A DNA stretch of 32,000 nt from Nitrosospira multiformis ATCC 25196 (GTDB lineage Bacteria > Pseudomonadota > Gammaproteobacteria > Burkholderiales > Nitrosomonadaceae). Below, one piece after another: positions 30,156 to 32,000 of this stretch (position 1 is the first letter of the stretch; every line of letters begins with the position of its first letter). The notes under the pieces were generated by a model. It saw only the letters and a program-made list of their open reading frames with translations, was not told the DNA's origin and ran no database searches. The stretch lies in NCBI RefSeq assembly GCF_000196355.1, contig NC_007614.1, positions 2,640,001-2,672,000 on the forward strand, in the 5' to 3' direction. The position numbers and the translations under genes are program-made.

Positions 30156-30998
30156 TCATCCTTTCATCCAGGTTTTCCATGCTATCCAGAGCTTACGCAG
30201 CGGCGTGAGGCTTATACGCTGCCGCATCACATGACATCCATCAGCCTTGATCTCCTTCAGCAAGGCCTGATAGATCGCCGCCATGATGATCCCGGAACGC
30301 TGGCTTTTGCGATCCTCCTCCGGCAGCGCCGCAAAAGCGTTTGCATAATAACTTTCCGCCCGGTCGATCTGAAATTCGATTAAACGCCGGAAATTGTCTG
30401 TTTCACGCGACTGGAGTATATCTTCATTGCTCACCCCGAAGCGCGCGAGCTCGTCCTGAGGCAGATAAATACGGTCGCGCCGGGCATCCTCGCCGACGTC
30501 GCGTATGATATTGGTAAGCTGGAATGCCAGCCCGAGATCCTGGGCATATTCGAGCGTTTTCGGATTGCGGTAGCCGAATATCTCAGCGGAGCATAATCCC
30601 ACTACGCTTGCCACATGGTAACAGTAGTGCCGAAGGGTATCGAAATCTGCGTAGCGGTTATAATCGAGATCCATTTCCATACCGTCTATGATCTCGTTCA
30701 GACGGTCTGCGGTCAGATTGAACGTGCTTGCCACGCCTGCCAATGCCTGTGCCACGGGGTGGCTGGGCTTGTTTCCCCCTGCATCGAAGATCGCAGCAAC
30801 TTCCTGTCGCCACCATGCAAGCTTTACTCGCGCTACTGATGCTTCCGTACACTCGTCCACGACATCGTCCACCTCTCGACAAAAAGCGTAGAGTGCAGTA
30901 ATGGCACGACGCCTCTCAGGGGGCAGATAGAGAAAGCTGTAGTAGAAGCTCGAACCGCTTTGAACAGCTTTTTCCTGGCAATACTGGTCAGGTGTCAT
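30156..30998 (-). CDS. hpnD: Squalene/phytoene synthase family protein, HpnD-like (presqualene diphosphate synthase type, 280 aa)
   Basis: The Asp-rich motifs are FCREVDDVVDE and NIIRDVGEDARRDRIYLP. The N-terminus SGSSFYYSFLYLPPERRRAITALYAFCR matches my recollection of betaproteobacterial HpnD. The family call is firm; the subfamily call is less so. Confidence 0.75.
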   Translation of the reverse strand: MTPDQYCQEKAVQSGSSFYYSFLYLPPERRRAITALYAFCREVDDVVDECTEASVARVKLAWWRQEVAAIFDAGGNKPSHPVAQALAGVASTFNLTADRLNEIIDGMEMDLDYNRYADFDTLRHYCYHVASVVGLCSAEIFGYRNPKTLEYAQDLGLAFQLTNIIRDVGEDARRDRIYLPQDELARFGVSNEDILQSRETDNFRRLIEFQIDRAESYYANAFAALPEEDRKSQRSGIIMAAIYQALLKEIKADGCHVMRQRISLTPLRKLWIAWKTWMKG

Positions 30999-31204
30999 GA
31001 TAAATTATTAAAAAGGCGATAATTTGTCATCGCTGAGCCCTCGCTGAAGCAAAAAAAGCACATTATCTCATCAATCACACTTGTCGCTGCGTTCCCCGGA
31101 CAAAACCCGTTCAACCAGTCGACAATCAGCCCGTTGTAGAGTGTCCAGATGGATTTCTGCAGGAATACCATGGGAATGCTGGCTGACGCACCGCCTCCGA
31201 TAAT

Positions 31205-31232
31205 AAAAAACCCCGCAGCCGCGGGGTTTTTT
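31205..31232 (-). terminator. Rho-independent terminator downstream of groEL (symmetrical, potentially bidirectional)
   Basis: The minus strand reads AAAAAACCCCGCggcuGCGGGGUUUUUU. The stems are at 31211..31216 and 31221..31226, flanked by an A6 run and a T6 run. Confidence 0.85.
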
Positions 31233-31275
31233 ATTGCACAGCTTATTGCACGATTGGTGCAGCGGTCGGCAAACC

Positions 31276-32000
31276 TTACATGTCCATGCCGCCCATGCCA
31301 CCCATGCCACCCATACCGCCCATGCCTCCGCCCATACCGCCGCCGGCACCCTCTTCCTTGGGCACTTCCGCTACCAGCGCATCCGTGGTGAGCATCAGAC
31401 CTGCGATAGAAGCAGCATGCTGCAAGGCATAACGCGTCACTTTGGTGGGGTCGAGCACACCCATTTGAACCATGTCACCATATTCACTGCTGGCCGCGTT
31501 ATAGCCGAAGTTCTCCGTTCCTTCCAGAACCTTGTTGATGACCACGGAAGGCTCATCACCGCAGTTGGCAACGATCTGACGCAAGGGCTCTTCCAGGGCA
31601 CGCAGAACGATCTTGATTCCGGCATCCTGGTCATGGTTGTCGCCTTTCAGGTTCGACACCGCGCTACGGGTGCGCAGGAGCGCGACACCGCCGCCGGGAA
31701 CGATACCTTCTTCCACCGCAGCCCGGGTAGCATGCAACGCATCTTCCACCCGCGCTTTTTTCTCCTTCATCTCCACTTCTGTCGCAGCGCCCACTTTGAT
31801 CAACGCCACGCCGCCGGCCAGCTTCGCCACGCGCTCCTGCAGTTTCTCCTTATCGTAGTCGCTGGTCGCTTCTTCGATCTGGGCGCGGATCTGCTTCACA
31901 CGGCCTTCGATGTTCTGGGTATCCCCGGCGCCGTCGATGATGGTAGTTTCCTCCTTGCCGACTTCCACCCGCTTGGCTTGCCCCAGTTCCGCCAGGGTCG
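31276..32000 (-). CDS. groEL: Chaperonin GroEL, C-terminal roughly 241 codons (gene continues beyond the right edge)
   Basis: The sequence ...TTIIDGAGD...[62 protein letters not shown]... is present, with the GGM-repeat tail ending MGGMDM. The frame is open to position 32000. Confidence 0.96.
   Translation of the reverse strand, partial: TLAELGQAKRVEVGKEETTIIDGAGDTQNIEGRVKQIRAQIEEATSDYDKEKLQERVAKLAGGVALIKVGAATEVEMKEKKARVEDALHATRAAVEEGIVPGGGVALLRTRSAVSNLKGDNHDQDAGIKIVLRALEEPLRQIVANCGDEPSVVINKVLEGTENFGYNAASSEYGDMVQMGVLDPTKVTRYALQHAASIAGLMLTTDALVAEVPKEEGAGGGMGGGMGGMGGMGGMGGMDM
31279..31335 (-). repeat. Coding low-complexity repeat (GGM tail of GroEL)
   Basis: Nucleotide-level reiteration of catgcc(a/g)ccc encodes [22 protein letters not shown]. 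This is a normal GroEL feature. Confidence 0.8.

Noticed and set aside
31071-31391. ORFs 31071..31349 (minus) and 31149..31391 (plus), with W/A- and P/C/H-rich repeats, and nucleotide periodicity resembling a short tandem array.
   Set aside because: The periodicity is the GGM-repeat tail of groEL read out of frame. It is not a CRISPR array or an independent repeat locus.

Overview
This window looks like core chromosome of a betaproteobacterial ammonia oxidiser. The Nitrosospira-like assignment is inferred from the AmoA/AmoB/AmoC sequences and the gene order. The left 5.7 kb, all on the minus strand, carries a complete ammonia monooxygenase cluster: amoC-amoA-amoB, the paralogous pair amoE/amoD (orf4/orf5), then copC and the start of copD. 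A 650-bp AT-rich, non-coding control region separates amoC from the divergent priA. The remaining genes are housekeeping: argH, a fructosamine-kinase-family gene, prfC, and a four-gene Opp/Dpp/Yej-type peptide ABC importer with unusually long components. These are followed by fabI, ppiD, tRNA-Asp, tRNA-Val, hupB, lon, clpX, clpP, tig, tRNA-Leu, a YciK-like SDR, an HpnD-like squalene/phytoene-synthase-family gene and the 3' end of groEL. I found no mobile elements, CRISPR arrays, defence islands, toxin-antitoxin pairs or unexplained multi-gene coding space. I therefore cannot honestly nominate a new gene system. The most interesting material is regulatory and architectural. It includes a near-consensus sigma-54 -24/-12 element upstream of amoC, and a long purine-rich amoC leader that shares two collinear 13-mers with the amoC-amoA spacer. 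It also includes intrinsic terminators placed directly against the amoE and ppiD start codons, N-terminal-His maturation predicted for four periplasmic proteins of the amo/cop cluster, the membrane-tethered oversized ABC importer, and an SDR with no YxxxK motif. All calls rest on reading the sequence and on recalled family signatures. No searches or folding computations were run.
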